Virus record (IMG/VR): IMGVR_UViG_3300020042_012435
Location: 1-35,220 of that record
DNA: 35,220 bases
Reading direction: 5' to 3' (one strand)
DNA from: a virus
Lineage: Duplodnaviria > Caudoviricetes
The position numbers and the translations under genes are program-made. Positions 1-7,986 of the stretch are shown one piece after another; the stretch's first letter is position 1, and the number at the start of each line of letters is the position of its first letter. The notes beneath the pieces were generated by a model. The model was not told the origin of the DNA. It was given only the letters and a program-made list of their open reading frames with translations, and ran no database searches.

Positions 1-120
1 AACATTAGGCCAACCACAACGCATCCACTTAAATTCACCTTCAAACAAAATATTTCCATCATCCGTTTTACTGAATGTAAAAACATCATTGTAACGATTT
101 GTATATTTTACTTTTTTCAT
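1..120 (-). CDS. Hypothetical protein, 5' part only (runs off the window)
   Basis: ATG at 120 reads MKKVKYTNRYNDVFTFSKTDDGNILFEGEFKWMRCGWPNV with no stop before position 1; lies directly downstream of the promoter at 136-167. Confidence 0.7.
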   Translation of the reverse strand, partial: MKKVKYTNRYNDVFTFSKTDDGNILFEGEFKWMRCGWPNV

Positions 121-135
121 AACTTTTATTATACT

Positions 136-167
136 TAAATATAACAAAAGGATTTGGCAACGCCAAA
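136..167 (-). promoter_or_regulatory. Bacteroidota sigmaA-type promoter (-33 TTTG / -7 TATATTTA)
   Basis: Minus strand TTTG-20 nt-TATATTTA, ending 15 nt upstream of the ATG at 120. Confidence 0.75.
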
Positions 168-171
168 CCCC
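146..171 (-). terminator. Intrinsic terminator hairpin overlapping the promoter
   Basis: Minus strand GGGGTTTGGC-GTT-GCCAAATCC-TTTT: stem-loop plus U-tract just after the stop at 189. Confidence 0.6.
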
Positions 172-188
172 TTCATACTATTTTTAAA

Positions 189-1034
189 TTATTTTTTAAT
201 TATTTTCTTAGTTGAACCATCACTATACAAGTAAACAGTAATTTCATTTTCACGAACATAATTTACAGGACGACCTAACATATCATACATCCCAACCAAC
301 TTAGGTTCAGGACGAGCCAATACAAGAGTATTTGATGTTGGTCCTGATTTACAAACATCCAAACGTCTAAACATAAATGTATCTTGTCTCAAACATTTAT
401 TCCACCACTGGGCATACATCAACACACGTCCACTGTCTTTAAATGTAAATTCAGCTAGTCTGGTTTGAGTATATCCTAAAAAATCAGCATCTGGAAAATC
501 ATACTCCATACCAATTTGATAATCAGTCAAATTATCCCATTCTTTTTGAGACATAGTATCCATCCAAGGGCCTTTATAGAATACCATATAATATTCCATA
601 CAAGTATCTTTCAAGGGAATGTTTTTAATATAGTTCATTTCAAACTTATATTTTTTACAATTGATTTGATTCACAACCCATCCTAATCCAGCATTTGGAA
701 ACTGAACTATTTCAATTGGGCGATACAAAGCCGTATCACATTTTAAACAGCGGTTCCATACCTTCAAATACAATTTGTATTTACCTTTAACATTAAATTG
801 AACCTCAACAATACCACGAACATCATAAACAGTGTCTGTTTTCTTGGTTTGAAAATCATAAACCATAAACATGTAGTCAACACAAGTGTCGTCCAATACT
901 TTACCGCTTACATACCACTTGTAGTAGTTACGTTCATTCCATTGCTGGAGTTTCAATGTGCTCCAATCACATTTGGCGTTCAACCCCAATACTGTCAATA
1001 GGGTAAAAACTAGAGTCATTAGTTGTTTTTTCAT
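189..1034 (-). CDS. Secreted protein with two PKD/Ig-like repeats and a T9SS type A-like C-terminal sorting domain
   Basis: Sec signal MKKQLMTLVFTLLTVLGLNA; internal duplication DTCVDY...F..KG.Y..Y..VWNRC..CDT / DTCMEY...F..SG....Y..WWNKC...DT; C-terminus MYDMLGRPV...VYLYSDGSTKKIIKK. Confidence 0.65.
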   Translation of the reverse strand: MKKQLMTLVFTLLTVLGLNAKCDWSTLKLQQWNERNYYKWYVSGKVLDDTCVDYMFMVYDFQTKKTDTVYDVRGIVEVQFNVKGKYKLYLKVWNRCLKCDTALYRPIEIVQFPNAGLGWVVNQINCKKYKFEMNYIKNIPLKDTCMEYYMVFYKGPWMDTMSQKEWDNLTDYQIGMEYDFPDADFLGYTQTRLAEFTFKDSGRVLMYAQWWNKCLRQDTFMFRRLDVCKSGPTSNTLVLARPEPKLVGMYDMLGRPVNYVRENEITVYLYSDGSTKKIIKK

Positions 1035-1118
1035 ATTTTTTATTTTTTATTGTTTTATTTGTAACCGAAACCGTAGCATTAAATACTATAATTAATAGAA
1101 TACTATACGGGTTTAATC

Positions 1119-1262
1119 TCATTTTTTCTTCTTCTTTAATAACCATTGGGCCTCGCCCTTCTTAATTTCCTTATGAGTTTTCCTAGCACCACCTACACTC
1201 AACCCTATAATTAAAGTCAAGCCGGCAATCATAACTAAATTAAAATTATTCTGTAACCACAT
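1119..1262 (-). CDS. Small membrane protein (47 aa, not in ORF track)
   Basis: MWLQNNFNLVMIAGLTLIIGLSVGGARK...KKKKK; one hydrophobic segment; abuts the upstream gene. Confidence 0.45.
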   Translation of the reverse strand: MWLQNNFNLVMIAGLTLIIGLSVGGARKTHKEIKKGEAQWLLKKKKK

Positions 1263-1265
1263 ATC

Positions 1266-1448
1266 TTATTCCCTACTTTTTAAAATGTTATAAATTGACA
1301 TATATATCAAAATCGCAGCCAAAACCCAAATCACCCCTATACCTAACCAAGGGTTAATAGTAATTAACCAATATAATCCAAATACCGAAGTAGCAATTCC
1401 TAGCATTACTGCAATTGATATCAATAATGTTTTTAAATGTAATTTCAT
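1266..1448 (-). CDS. Small two-TM membrane protein
   Basis: Two hydrophobic helices; own promoter at 1453-1484. Confidence 0.7.
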   Translation of the reverse strand: MKLHLKTLLISIAVMLGIATSVFGLYWLITINPWLGIGVIWVLAAILIYMSIYNILKSRE

Positions 1449-1452
1449 AACC

Positions 1453-1484
1453 TTAATATAATTAATGTTTTCTAAACTTACAAA
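1453..1484 (-). promoter_or_regulatory. Bacteroidota-type promoter
   Basis: TTTG-N20-TATATTAA on the minus strand. Confidence 0.55.
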
Positions 1485-2163
1485 CTGAAACTACTGCTTC
1501 TGACATCTTCCTATGCCCTGAATAATTCATATGACATAATTCATCCCCACAATCGCTCCTGTAAACCACTCTAGTATCAACCACTGTCGCCCCCTGAAGC
1601 TGCGTTAGTAACATCCTTTGCAATTCAGCTCCTTTACCTGGATATGCTTTGTTACTTGTTCTAGTACACACAGCATAATCAAATCCAGTCAATACAATGG
1701 GTTTAACGCCTTTATACTTACATATGTTAACTATGTTTTGAATGTTGTTAAACGCATTAGAGGCACTAATATGGCTATTAAACATGTCATTAGCTCCTCC
1801 GTATATAAAACAATAGTCGTAGTGTGAAGTAACATACATTTGTGCTTGTGTAAGCATCCAACTTGTTGTTTTACCTCCTACCGATATATTGTTTGGTATT
1901 AGGCCTGTTGTCCTACATAATTGTACTTGCCAACCATAATTGTGATTGGCCGTGTGAGAATCGCCTATAAACAATGCTCGTTTACCTCTAATGTCATTGA
2001 CAGTATCTACCTTAATTGTTTCAATATACGGTCCAATAGGGTGTAACGGGTCATTAGTTGGCGCTAGTGTGGGTGTTTTTGACCATAGTACCCAACTTGT
2101 TAGAAAACCTAAAATAGCTACTAATATAAATAATAGTATTGTGTTGATTATATTTTTTGTCAT
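1462..2163 (-). CDS. Membrane-anchored SGNH/GDSL hydrolase (esterase)
   Basis: N-terminal TM; blocks FIGDSHT, VGGKT, YGGAND, DELCH (S-G-N-DxxH). Confidence 0.85.
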   Translation of the reverse strand: MTKNIINTILLFILVAILGFLTSWVLWSKTPTLAPTNDPLHPIGPYIETIKVDTVNDIRGKRALFIGDSHTANHNYGWQVQLCRTTGLIPNNISVGGKTTSWMLTQAQMYVTSHYDYCFIYGGANDMFNSHISASNAFNNIQNIVNICKYKGVKPIVLTGFDYAVCTRTSNKAYPGKGAELQRMLLTQLQGATVVDTRVVYRSDCGDELCHMNYSGHRKMSEAVVSVCKFRKH

Positions 2164-2181
2164 AACTTTTGTATATACGTA

Positions 2182-2370
2182 TTAATTTTGGTGGGACGGT
2201 CGAGCAAGCTTAATTTTTTTAAGCTCACTATATGCTTTTTGAACTAACCTATGCTCGCACCTTGCGTTTCCATCTTGTTTTAATTCCTTTACTTTATCAT
2301 GTAACTCATGAAAGAATCCCTTAGCATGAGCCTTATGATATAATTCTTCAATTAGTTCATTATTAGTCAT
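2182..2370 (-). CDS. Hypothetical protein
   Basis: Co-oriented ORF with ATATTTATA motif upstream. Confidence 0.6.
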   Translation of the reverse strand: MTNNELIEELYHKAHAKGFFHELHDKVKELKQDGNARCEHRLVQKAYSELKKIKLARPSHQN

Positions 2371-2384
2371 AGATATAAATATAT

Positions 2385-2699
2385 TTACTTCTTATCTAGA
2401 TAATGACGCTCATGTGGTCTTAATTGAACTTCACGTTTCATAGTATGAATGTATTGAGTACCAAACCCATCCGGTTTTTTACATCTAATGTTAGTGTTCC
2501 AATAATATAGAGGAGCATTATACTCTTCATAAATTGTTTCACCTTTAATATATCTTACAAAACGTCTTGGGCCATTAAAACTTCTAAACTCTCTACAAGT
2601 CACTCTATACCATTTACTGTTTTGTAATTGGACTTGACTTTCAATAACAGTATTAAAGTCATACCTTAGTGTTTCTGTTTGGCCTCTTTTTTCACTCAT
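2385..2699 (-). CDS. Hypothetical phage protein
   Basis: 104-aa ORF downstream of the promoter at 2704-2735. Confidence 0.7.
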   Translation of the reverse strand: MSEKRGQTETLRYDFNTVIESQVQLQNSKWYRVTCREFRSFNGPRRFVRYIKGETIYEEYNAPLYYWNTNIRCKKPDGFGTQYIHTMKREVQLRPHERHYLDKK

Positions 2700-2703
2700 G
2701 CCT

Positions 2704-2735
2704 TAAATATAATGATCCTTTATTCGGGTAACAAA
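2704..2735 (-). promoter_or_regulatory. Bacteroidota-type promoter
   Basis: TTTG-N20-TATATTTA. Confidence 0.65.
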
Positions 2736-2948
2736 CCATTATTTTCTATAGCATACCATACTCTTTCCTTCCATACTTCCAATTTAACGCCTTCAATTTT
2801 ATCAATATCTTTAAAACCAAGCATTGTATAACTAGCTAGTTTCCAAACTAATTCCATTAGTTTAGTATCTGCTAACTCCATATCACCTGTTTGGAGAACA
2901 GCTAGACAATTTTTCCACATTGGGGTAATTATATTTGTTTTCTTCATA
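2720..2948 (-). CDS. Hypothetical protein (probable start at MKKTNIITP)
   Basis: Internal ATG preceded by the AATAAAAGTT leader typical of this window; the track start at 2989 is less likely. Confidence 0.6.
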
Positions 2949-3028
2949 ACTTTTATTTCTTTAATACATGAATTGTCCATCCAGTCCAAGCCGCTGCTAT
3001 TATTATTGTGACTACCATAACTTATTAT

Positions 3029-3205
3029 TTATTTTTTTAAAGCGTATAAAGCACATTTAATTCTACTACCTAAGAAACCTACTTCAAAAGACATATTTTC
3101 AACTCCATCACCATACTTAATAGCTGCTTTTTTTGCCTCCTCACAGGCATTTTCTAGCTCTTTTAGAGCCATATTAATTCTACTTTCTAGTTCTCTTTTT
3201 GTCAT
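3029..3205 (-). CDS. Hypothetical protein (58 aa, not in ORF track)
   Basis: MTKRELESRINMALKELENACEEAKK...LYALKK with ATAAAAGTT leader. Confidence 0.6.
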   Translation of the reverse strand: MTKRELESRINMALKELENACEEAKKAAIKYGDGVENMSFEVGFLGSRIKCALYALKK

Positions 3206-3217
3206 AACTTTTATTTA

Positions 3218-3490
3218 TTAAATATAATCTTGAATATCATACATGTGACTATCTTGGTAAATTTCTACCATATCAAACTCGTTAGCTCTTTCATTTAAAC
3301 TAGCAACTGTTTCAAAATAATCTTCTCTAGTTTTAATTGGAAAATCAACTTGGTTGCCATTGTCTAATCTTTTAACACATATACGAACCATATCATATGA
3401 TTCAATGTAACCTAATAATTCAGCTCTTCTAAGATCAACATCAGTGTCAAAAGTGAATTTAAAATTTGGATTTATTTTTATTTTTTCCAT
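3218..3490 (-). CDS. Hypothetical acidic protein
   Basis: ORF downstream of the promoter at 3512-3543. Confidence 0.7.
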   Translation of the reverse strand: MEKIKINPNFKFTFDTDVDLRRAELLGYIESYDMVRICVKRLDNGNQVDFPIKTREDYFETVASLNERANEFDMVEIYQDSHMYDIQDYI

Positions 3491-3511
3491 AACCTTTATT
3501 CTTTTATATTA

Positions 3512-3543
3512 TAAATATAACAAATTAATCTCCGAAAGCCAAA
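3512..3543 (-). promoter_or_regulatory. Bacteroidota-type promoter
   Basis: TTTGGC...TATATTTA, 20-nt spacer. Confidence 0.75.
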
Positions 3544-3675
3544 CCCCTCTTTTCCTTTTTACGGTCGTAAACCTTTTTACTTGATTTAACCCTTGTAATC
3601 ATGTTACGACGAATAATTTGTTTAACCTGTCCTTTACTTAAACCGTTAAATTTATCTTCCTGTTTCATCATATCG

Positions 3676-3707
3676 TTAATATAATAAAGGGGTCTAGCAA
3701 AGCCAAA
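3676..3707 (-). promoter_or_regulatory. Bacteroidota-type promoter overlapping a terminator hairpin
   Basis: TTTG-N20-TATATTAA; minus strand AGGGGTTTGGC-TTT-GCTAGACCCCT-TTATT can fold with G-U pairs. Confidence 0.65.
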
Positions 3708-3735
3708 CCCCTCTTTTCACTATAATTTGTTTTTA

Positions 3736-4167
3736 TTATTTAATGATTCCTGCTTTGTATTTCATTTGACGAACAAATTCTTCATTCATTTTAGCATCTT
3801 CATCTGCTTCTTCATTACTTACAAAATGTGACTTTGTATTTTCATTCATCATACCTTTATTAACAACTTCAAAACCTAAAGCTTTAGCTGATTCTAAAGC
3901 GTTTTGGCTTTTACCACCTACACTAAATGAATATTCTTCCATGAAATGTTCTTCATCAGAAGGATCAAATCCAAATTTGTAATCATAGATAGTAAAAGCA
4001 TCCATTTGGTTGTTTGGATAAATATGAAATTCATTAGTCACTTTACCATCAGGTGACTCACCAAATGTTTTTACTCTAATTTTCCCATCATCCTCTAGCA
4101 TATCAATTCTATTTTTAATGCTGTAGTATGAATCTTCAATTGTTCCGACTCTAGATGTACCTCTCAT
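3736..4167 (-). CDS. Conserved-type hypothetical phage protein
   Basis: GTS...FGE..DGKV..E...FTIYDYK pattern recalled from phage proteins; acidic C-terminal tail ending NEEFVRQMKYKAGIIK. Confidence 0.65.
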   Translation of the reverse strand: MRGTSRVGTIEDSYYSIKNRIDMLEDDGKIRVKTFGESPDGKVTNEFHIYPNNQMDAFTIYDYKFGFDPSDEEHFMEEYSFSVGGKSQNALESAKALGFEVVNKGMMNENTKSHFVSNEEADEDAKMNEEFVRQMKYKAGIIK

Positions 4168-4193
4168 TTTTGTTTAATTATATGTTATAAATA

Positions 4194-4418
4194 TTATATT
4201 TTGTATTTTGATTGATATTTTTGAATAAACACTTCACCTACACCTACTTCAAGCCAAACAGCTGCGTCCGGGATGCCTGGGAGTTTAAATTTAGGATTAA
4301 TTACTTCATCAACATTTTTATTTTTAAATACTTTTAACTTTGTTTGAGCGTTTGACCTGTTAGAAGTTTTAAACACTACTACAATTGGATCATCTACATA
4401 TGATTTTTCTCTAGCCAT
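4194..4418 (-). CDS. Hypothetical protein
   Basis: Translationally coupled to the upstream ORF. Confidence 0.65.
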   Translation of the reverse strand: MAREKSYVDDPIVVVFKTSNRSNAQTKLKVFKNKNVDEVINPKFKLPGIPDAAVWLEVGVGEVFIQKYQSKYKI

Positions 4419-4636
4419 TATCTATACATTATAATATAATCTCCAAAATGATAATCCATAACTTGAAGTAACCATTCATAATCACTACTAGTCATTTCTT
4501 TATGAATTATATCCCAATCCATACCTAATCTGTTAGCTAAACTTTTAGAAGTAGCTAACAACACAAAAGCATTACCTTCAGGACCTCGCAAGTCAATTTC
4601 AATTTTATCTTTTTTAGGGCGTTTATGTACTATCAT
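4418..4636 (-). CDS. Conserved-type hypothetical phage protein
   Basis: IDLxGPxGNAFxLL...M.SSDYE.LL motif; overlaps neighbours. Confidence 0.7.
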   Translation of the reverse strand: MIVHKRPKKDKIEIDLRGPEGNAFVLLATSKSLANRLGMDWDIIHKEMTSSDYEWLLQVMDYHFGDYIIMYR

Positions 4637-5106
4637 TTGCTTAATTGTTTTCTAACTTCTTGAACATGTTTACAACCTTTACTTCTATCTTTACATCTAA
4701 AGAAACCACTACAATTACAAGTTAATTTATCACCTTGTTTAGTAACCTTATAAAATAATCCTTTTTCACTTGATGATTCAAATTTCCAAGTTTCTTTTTC
4801 AATTGGTGCCTCTATTTTTGTAGGTTTGATCCATTCAATATCTTGTAAAGTAGTTTTTGGATGAACTTCTTGCCAAGTAGGAACAATAAATTTCTTACCT
4901 GATACAGGTGAAACAAATAATGTTGGTGGTAATGAATGATGTTCGTAAGTATACTTAAATACATAAACACCATTACTAACTAAACTTTTAGATGGTTTAA
5001 AACCATAAGATGTACTTTTAGAATATTTAAGGAACTTATTAGTATAGGTAATTTCTTGACCTAAAATATTTACTTTGTGTGTTTCAATTATTCTATGTAA
5101 TGCCAT
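4633..5106 (-). CDS. SWIM zinc-finger protein
   Basis: YKV...TCNCSGF...GCKHV (CxC-n-CxH). Confidence 0.8.
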   Translation of the reverse strand: MALHRIIETHKVNILGQEITYTNKFLKYSKSTSYGFKPSKSLVSNGVYVFKYTYEHHSLPPTLFVSPVSGKKFIVPTWQEVHPKTTLQDIEWIKPTKIEAPIEKETWKFESSSEKGLFYKVTKQGDKLTCNCSGFFRCKDRSKGCKHVQEVRKQLSK

Positions 5107-5128
5107 AACCTTTATTTTTATTATGACA

Positions 5129-5160
5129 TAAATATAACAAATGTATTTTACAAGGCCAAA
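5129..5160 (-). promoter_or_regulatory. Bacteroidota-type promoter
   Basis: TTTGGC...TATATTTA, 20-nt spacer. Confidence 0.75.
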
Positions 5161-5321
5161 TATTTCTTTTGGGCTTCAAAAGCCTCAACCATTAATTGAA
5201 CATCTAAAGTTAGTACTATACATAATCTTTTAAGAGCACCCCAGTCATTCATAGCTATATCAACTAATAAATCATCAGGAATATTATCAAAAAATTCTAT
5301 AGCACTATTATTAATCTTCAT
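5148..5321 (-). CDS. Hypothetical protein (57 aa, not in ORF track)
   Basis: MKINNSAIEFFDNIPDDLLVDIAMNDW...KYLAL; fills the gap and overlaps the upstream ORF. Confidence 0.55.
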   Translation of the reverse strand: MKINNSAIEFFDNIPDDLLVDIAMNDWGALKRLCIVLTLDVQLMVEAFEAQKKYLAL

Positions 5322-5433
5322 TTAATATTTCTTTCAACCAAGTAGGTTGTTTTTTAATTTTACCTTTACGTTTTTGTTCTTCTAACCAAATTTTTAGAAC
5401 TGCCAATTTTTGATGATTGCTTGTTTTACTCAT
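5311..5433 (-). CDS. Small basic protein (40 aa, not in ORF track)
   Basis: MSKTSNHQKLAVLKIWLEEQKRKGKIKKQPTWLKEILNED. Confidence 0.5.
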   Translation of the reverse strand: MSKTSNHQKLAVLKIWLEEQKRKGKIKKQPTWLKEILNED

Positions 5434-5442
5434 AAACTGTTT

Positions 5443-5598
5443 TTAACCTTGTCCGACTGATATTTTTGTATAATTTTTTGAATTTTTATTTTTACTCATT
5501 TTAGTTTTAGCGTGGATACCTTTTCTAGATTTTTTAGGTTTTAGTTTGTAAAGCGATGAAGCACTTACAGATGTTTTTTTAGATTTTGCTGCTGCCAT
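5443..5598 (-). CDS. Small Lys/Ser-rich basic protein (51 aa, not in ORF track)
   Basis: MAAAKSKKTSVSASSLYKLKPKKSRKGIHAKTKMSKNKNSKNYTKISVGQG. Confidence 0.65.
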   Translation of the reverse strand: MAAAKSKKTSVSASSLYKLKPKKSRKGIHAKTKMSKNKNSKNYTKISVGQG

Positions 5599-5622
5599 GT
5601 TGATAAATACATAGCATTGTTT

Positions 5623-6150
5623 TTAAAGTCTTTCCCACTTGTTCTTATAGTCTTTATTAGTAGTAGCGTAAACAGCATAGGCATTCCTGATTGGTTGGCC
5701 GCTATTATAAGCCCCACAAGCTAGAGTCCAATCATGATGGATTGAATACCATTTGCGAAGCATCTGCATACTAATTTTAACATTTAAATCAATATTAGTT
5801 TTTAATTCTTTTTCACTAATGCGACGCCTAACATAAGGCCTAGCCCATCTAGTAATAATTTGCATTGGCCCAACAGCCCCAGCAAATGATTTTTGATATG
5901 GATTGTAATTAAAATGAAATGGACCTTGATAACGAGTCTCTAAATAAGCAACATTATAAGCAATATGTTTAGGAATATTAAAACTATCACTCCAGTGTTC
6001 AATTGACTCATACATCTGGAGTGAAATAGTTCCATTAGCTAAATCTAAACGTTCTTCAAAATAATCTAGACGTTGGTTAACATTATAATACATTAAACCA
6101 ATAATCCCTAAAATAATAATCAAATACCAGTTTTTCAATTTAGCAAACAT
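5623..6150 (-). CDS. Membrane-anchored lytic transglycosylase (SLT domain)
   Basis: N-terminal TM; catalytic AYLETRY, GAVGPMQI, AYNSG motifs. Confidence 0.85.
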   Translation of the reverse strand: MFAKLKNWYLIIILGIIGLMYYNVNQRLDYFEERLDLANGTISLQMYESIEHWSDSFNIPKHIAYNVAYLETRYQGPFHFNYNPYQKSFAGAVGPMQIITRWARPYVRRRISEKELKTNIDLNVKISMQMLRKWYSIHHDWTLACGAYNSGQPIRNAYAVYATTNKDYKNKWERL

Positions 6151-6157
6151 ATTTATT

Positions 6158-6475
6158 TTATTTAGTTACAACAGGACTAGCAATTTTAGAAGCATACATT
6201 TTAAAGATGATTCGTCCAACTGAATCACTATAAATAGTGTAACTTCCTGTTTTACGATCCATCATAATCAATTTGTCTTCTGAGTCAATAGCGATTCGAA
6301 CTTCCTTATTAAGGATAGTTTCATTAACAGCTTTGGGTTTCATTTTTAACTCATTGAAATAATAACCCAAACCAAAACCAGCAATCAGAGTTGATGCTAC
6401 AATAGTAATGTTCATAAAGCGAGTAAATGCTGCTTTAAATTTTTCCTTAAACTCTTCTGTGATTAGATTTTTCAT
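6158..6475 (-). CDS. Single-TM membrane protein co-transcribed with the SLT
   Basis: TM ITIVASTLIAGFGLGYYF; directly upstream of the SLT, behind the promoter at 6488-6519. Confidence 0.7.
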   Translation of the reverse strand: MKNLITEEFKEKFKAAFTRFMNITIVASTLIAGFGLGYYFNELKMKPKAVNETILNKEVRIAIDSEDKLIMMDRKTGSYTIYSDSVGRIIFKMYASKIASPVVTK

Positions 6476-6487
6476 AACTTTTTGTTT

Positions 6488-6519
6488 TAAATATAATATT
6501 AGTTTATTATTAAGCCAAA
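6488..6519 (-). promoter_or_regulatory. Bacteroidota-type promoter
   Basis: TTTGGC...TATATTTA, 20-nt spacer. Confidence 0.75.
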
Positions 6520-6520
6520 T

Positions 6521-6853
6521 TTAAGACTTTTTAGGTCTACCTTTTGGTTTGACTATTGGATTTTTCAAATCATTAATTGTATTTACAATGCGTTGACAAT
6601 CCTCATATTGTTCTTCTCTAATATAATAAGGTAAATTCTCTTCTAATGTATCAATAAAGTATTTACGTTCAACTGTTATATCATATATTTCCCCTTCTTC
6701 AAGGCAAGTAATAGATAAAACATGAATGTGTTTTTTCTTTGAGTTAATGTTATTTAATATCCCATCAACCACTGCTTTAGCTATTCTAAAGTCTTTGTTA
6801 TCTACTAACTCCTGAAATTCTTCAGTATTATTAACTGTGATTTCCACTACCAT
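6521..6853 (-). CDS. Hypothetical protein with a UVR-like C-terminal helix
   Basis: EEQYEDCQRIVNTINDLK resembles the UvrB/UvrC motif. Confidence 0.55.
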   Translation of the reverse strand: MVVEITVNNTEEFQELVDNKDFRIAKAVVDGILNNINSKKKHIHVLSITCLEEGEIYDITVERKYFIDTLEENLPYYIREEQYEDCQRIVNTINDLKNPIVKPKGRPKKS

Positions 6854-6854
6854 A

Positions 6855-7043
6855 TCAAAATAAATTTAAAAAGTCTGTATTAATATTTTTTTCTTTTAAT
6901 CTACTAAGTTTTTCTTGATTTTCCAAACTCTTAGTAGCTAATTTTTCTAAATGTTTTTGTTTTTGAGAATCAAAATCATTCACAATAGCGTCATGTTTTT
7001 TGTTTTTACCCTTTTTTAATAAAGGTACTCTTTTCTTTTTCAT
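6855..7043 (-). CDS. Basic hypothetical protein
   Basis: Overlaps the upstream ORF by 4 nt. Confidence 0.6.
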   Translation of the reverse strand: MKKKRVPLLKKGKNKKHDAIVNDFDSQKQKHLEKLATKSLENQEKLSRLKEKNINTDFLNLF

Positions 7044-7684
7044 AAGCGAGAAATAAATTCACTACCATCATCGATTGGTTTTGACTCATATAAACCTAAC
7101 TCCATCAAACGTTGTTGAGTGTAATCATCTACTTCCCAATCAACTTTAGACTCATTTTTGGATACATGATCTTCTAAACCATCAAGCTGTCTATCAGTAA
7201 ATATGTCTCCAATCTGGAGGAAATAATGGTTGTAGCAAAGCATCTCTAAATTTTCTAATCGATAATGCTGTTTGTTTCCATCTTTAAAATTTAGTATAAG
7301 AGGCATTTTATAATCTAATACTCTACGTTCATGGAAACCACATACTGAACATTCCTCTTGTAAGTAACCTTCTTGAATTAGTCTATATTTTATTTTAGCT
7401 GGGTTAAATGAAGATGGATCTATTCTGCCTTCAATTAGATCTAATAAAGCAAAATCTTTTCTTGGGTTACCATTACTTAAAAATTTAGGAATACCTTTAC
7501 CACATTGGTTTTTATGTTGTTCAAATAAATTAGGATAACCTGGTTCTGTTGCTTCATATCTTCTAGCCCAAGTTTTATAATGTATATAAGAACAATTCAA
7601 ATAGCGAGCAGCTGCTTTATTTGATTTTGTTTTAGCCATAGCAGCTAAAATCATTTCCTTACCAAGAGGTCTTGCTTTAGGCAT
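7040..7684 (-). CDS. HTH plus degenerate HNH (His-Me) zinc-finger protein
   Basis: SNKAAARYLNCSY (HTH-like); CSVCG...LNFKDGNKQHYRLENLEMLCYNHY, with the usual HH replaced by NF. Confidence 0.7.
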   Translation of the reverse strand: MPKARPLGKEMILAAMAKTKSNKAAARYLNCSYIHYKTWARRYEATEPGYPNLFEQHKNQCGKGIPKFLSNGNPRKDFALLDLIEGRIDPSSFNPAKIKYRLIQEGYLQEECSVCGFHERRVLDYKMPLILNFKDGNKQHYRLENLEMLCYNHYFLQIGDIFTDRQLDGLEDHVSKNESKVDWEVDDYTQQRLMELGLYESKPIDDGSEFISRL

Positions 7685-7983
7685 TATTCTTTATCCAGTT
7701 TCACCTCACTAAAACCATGAGGTAGATCAGATGAAGGCTCATCAGTTGGTTCAAATAATTTGTTTCCTGTTTTACGGAGTTTATTTTCAGCCTCAACATA
7801 AGCCTTATACTCTTCATGTTCTAAATGGATTGTTTCTATCCAAGTATGGTCACCACTACCTTTCATAATAGTGACTGCTCCTTTTTTCTGTACTGTTGAA
7901 CACGCAACACAACGAGTTGTGTTAGGCATAATTTCTAAACGTTTTGGATGAATTGGCTCACCACATCCTGTACAATTTCTCAT
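7684..7983 (-). CDS. DksA/TraR C4 zinc-finger protein
   Basis: CTGCGEPIHPKRLEIMPNTTRCVAC. Confidence 0.85.
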   Translation of the reverse strand: MRNCTGCGEPIHPKRLEIMPNTTRCVACSTVQKKGAVTIMKGSGDHTWIETIHLEHEEYKAYVEAENKLRKTGNKLFEPTDEPSSDLPHGFSEVKLDKE

Positions 7984-7986
7984 AAC

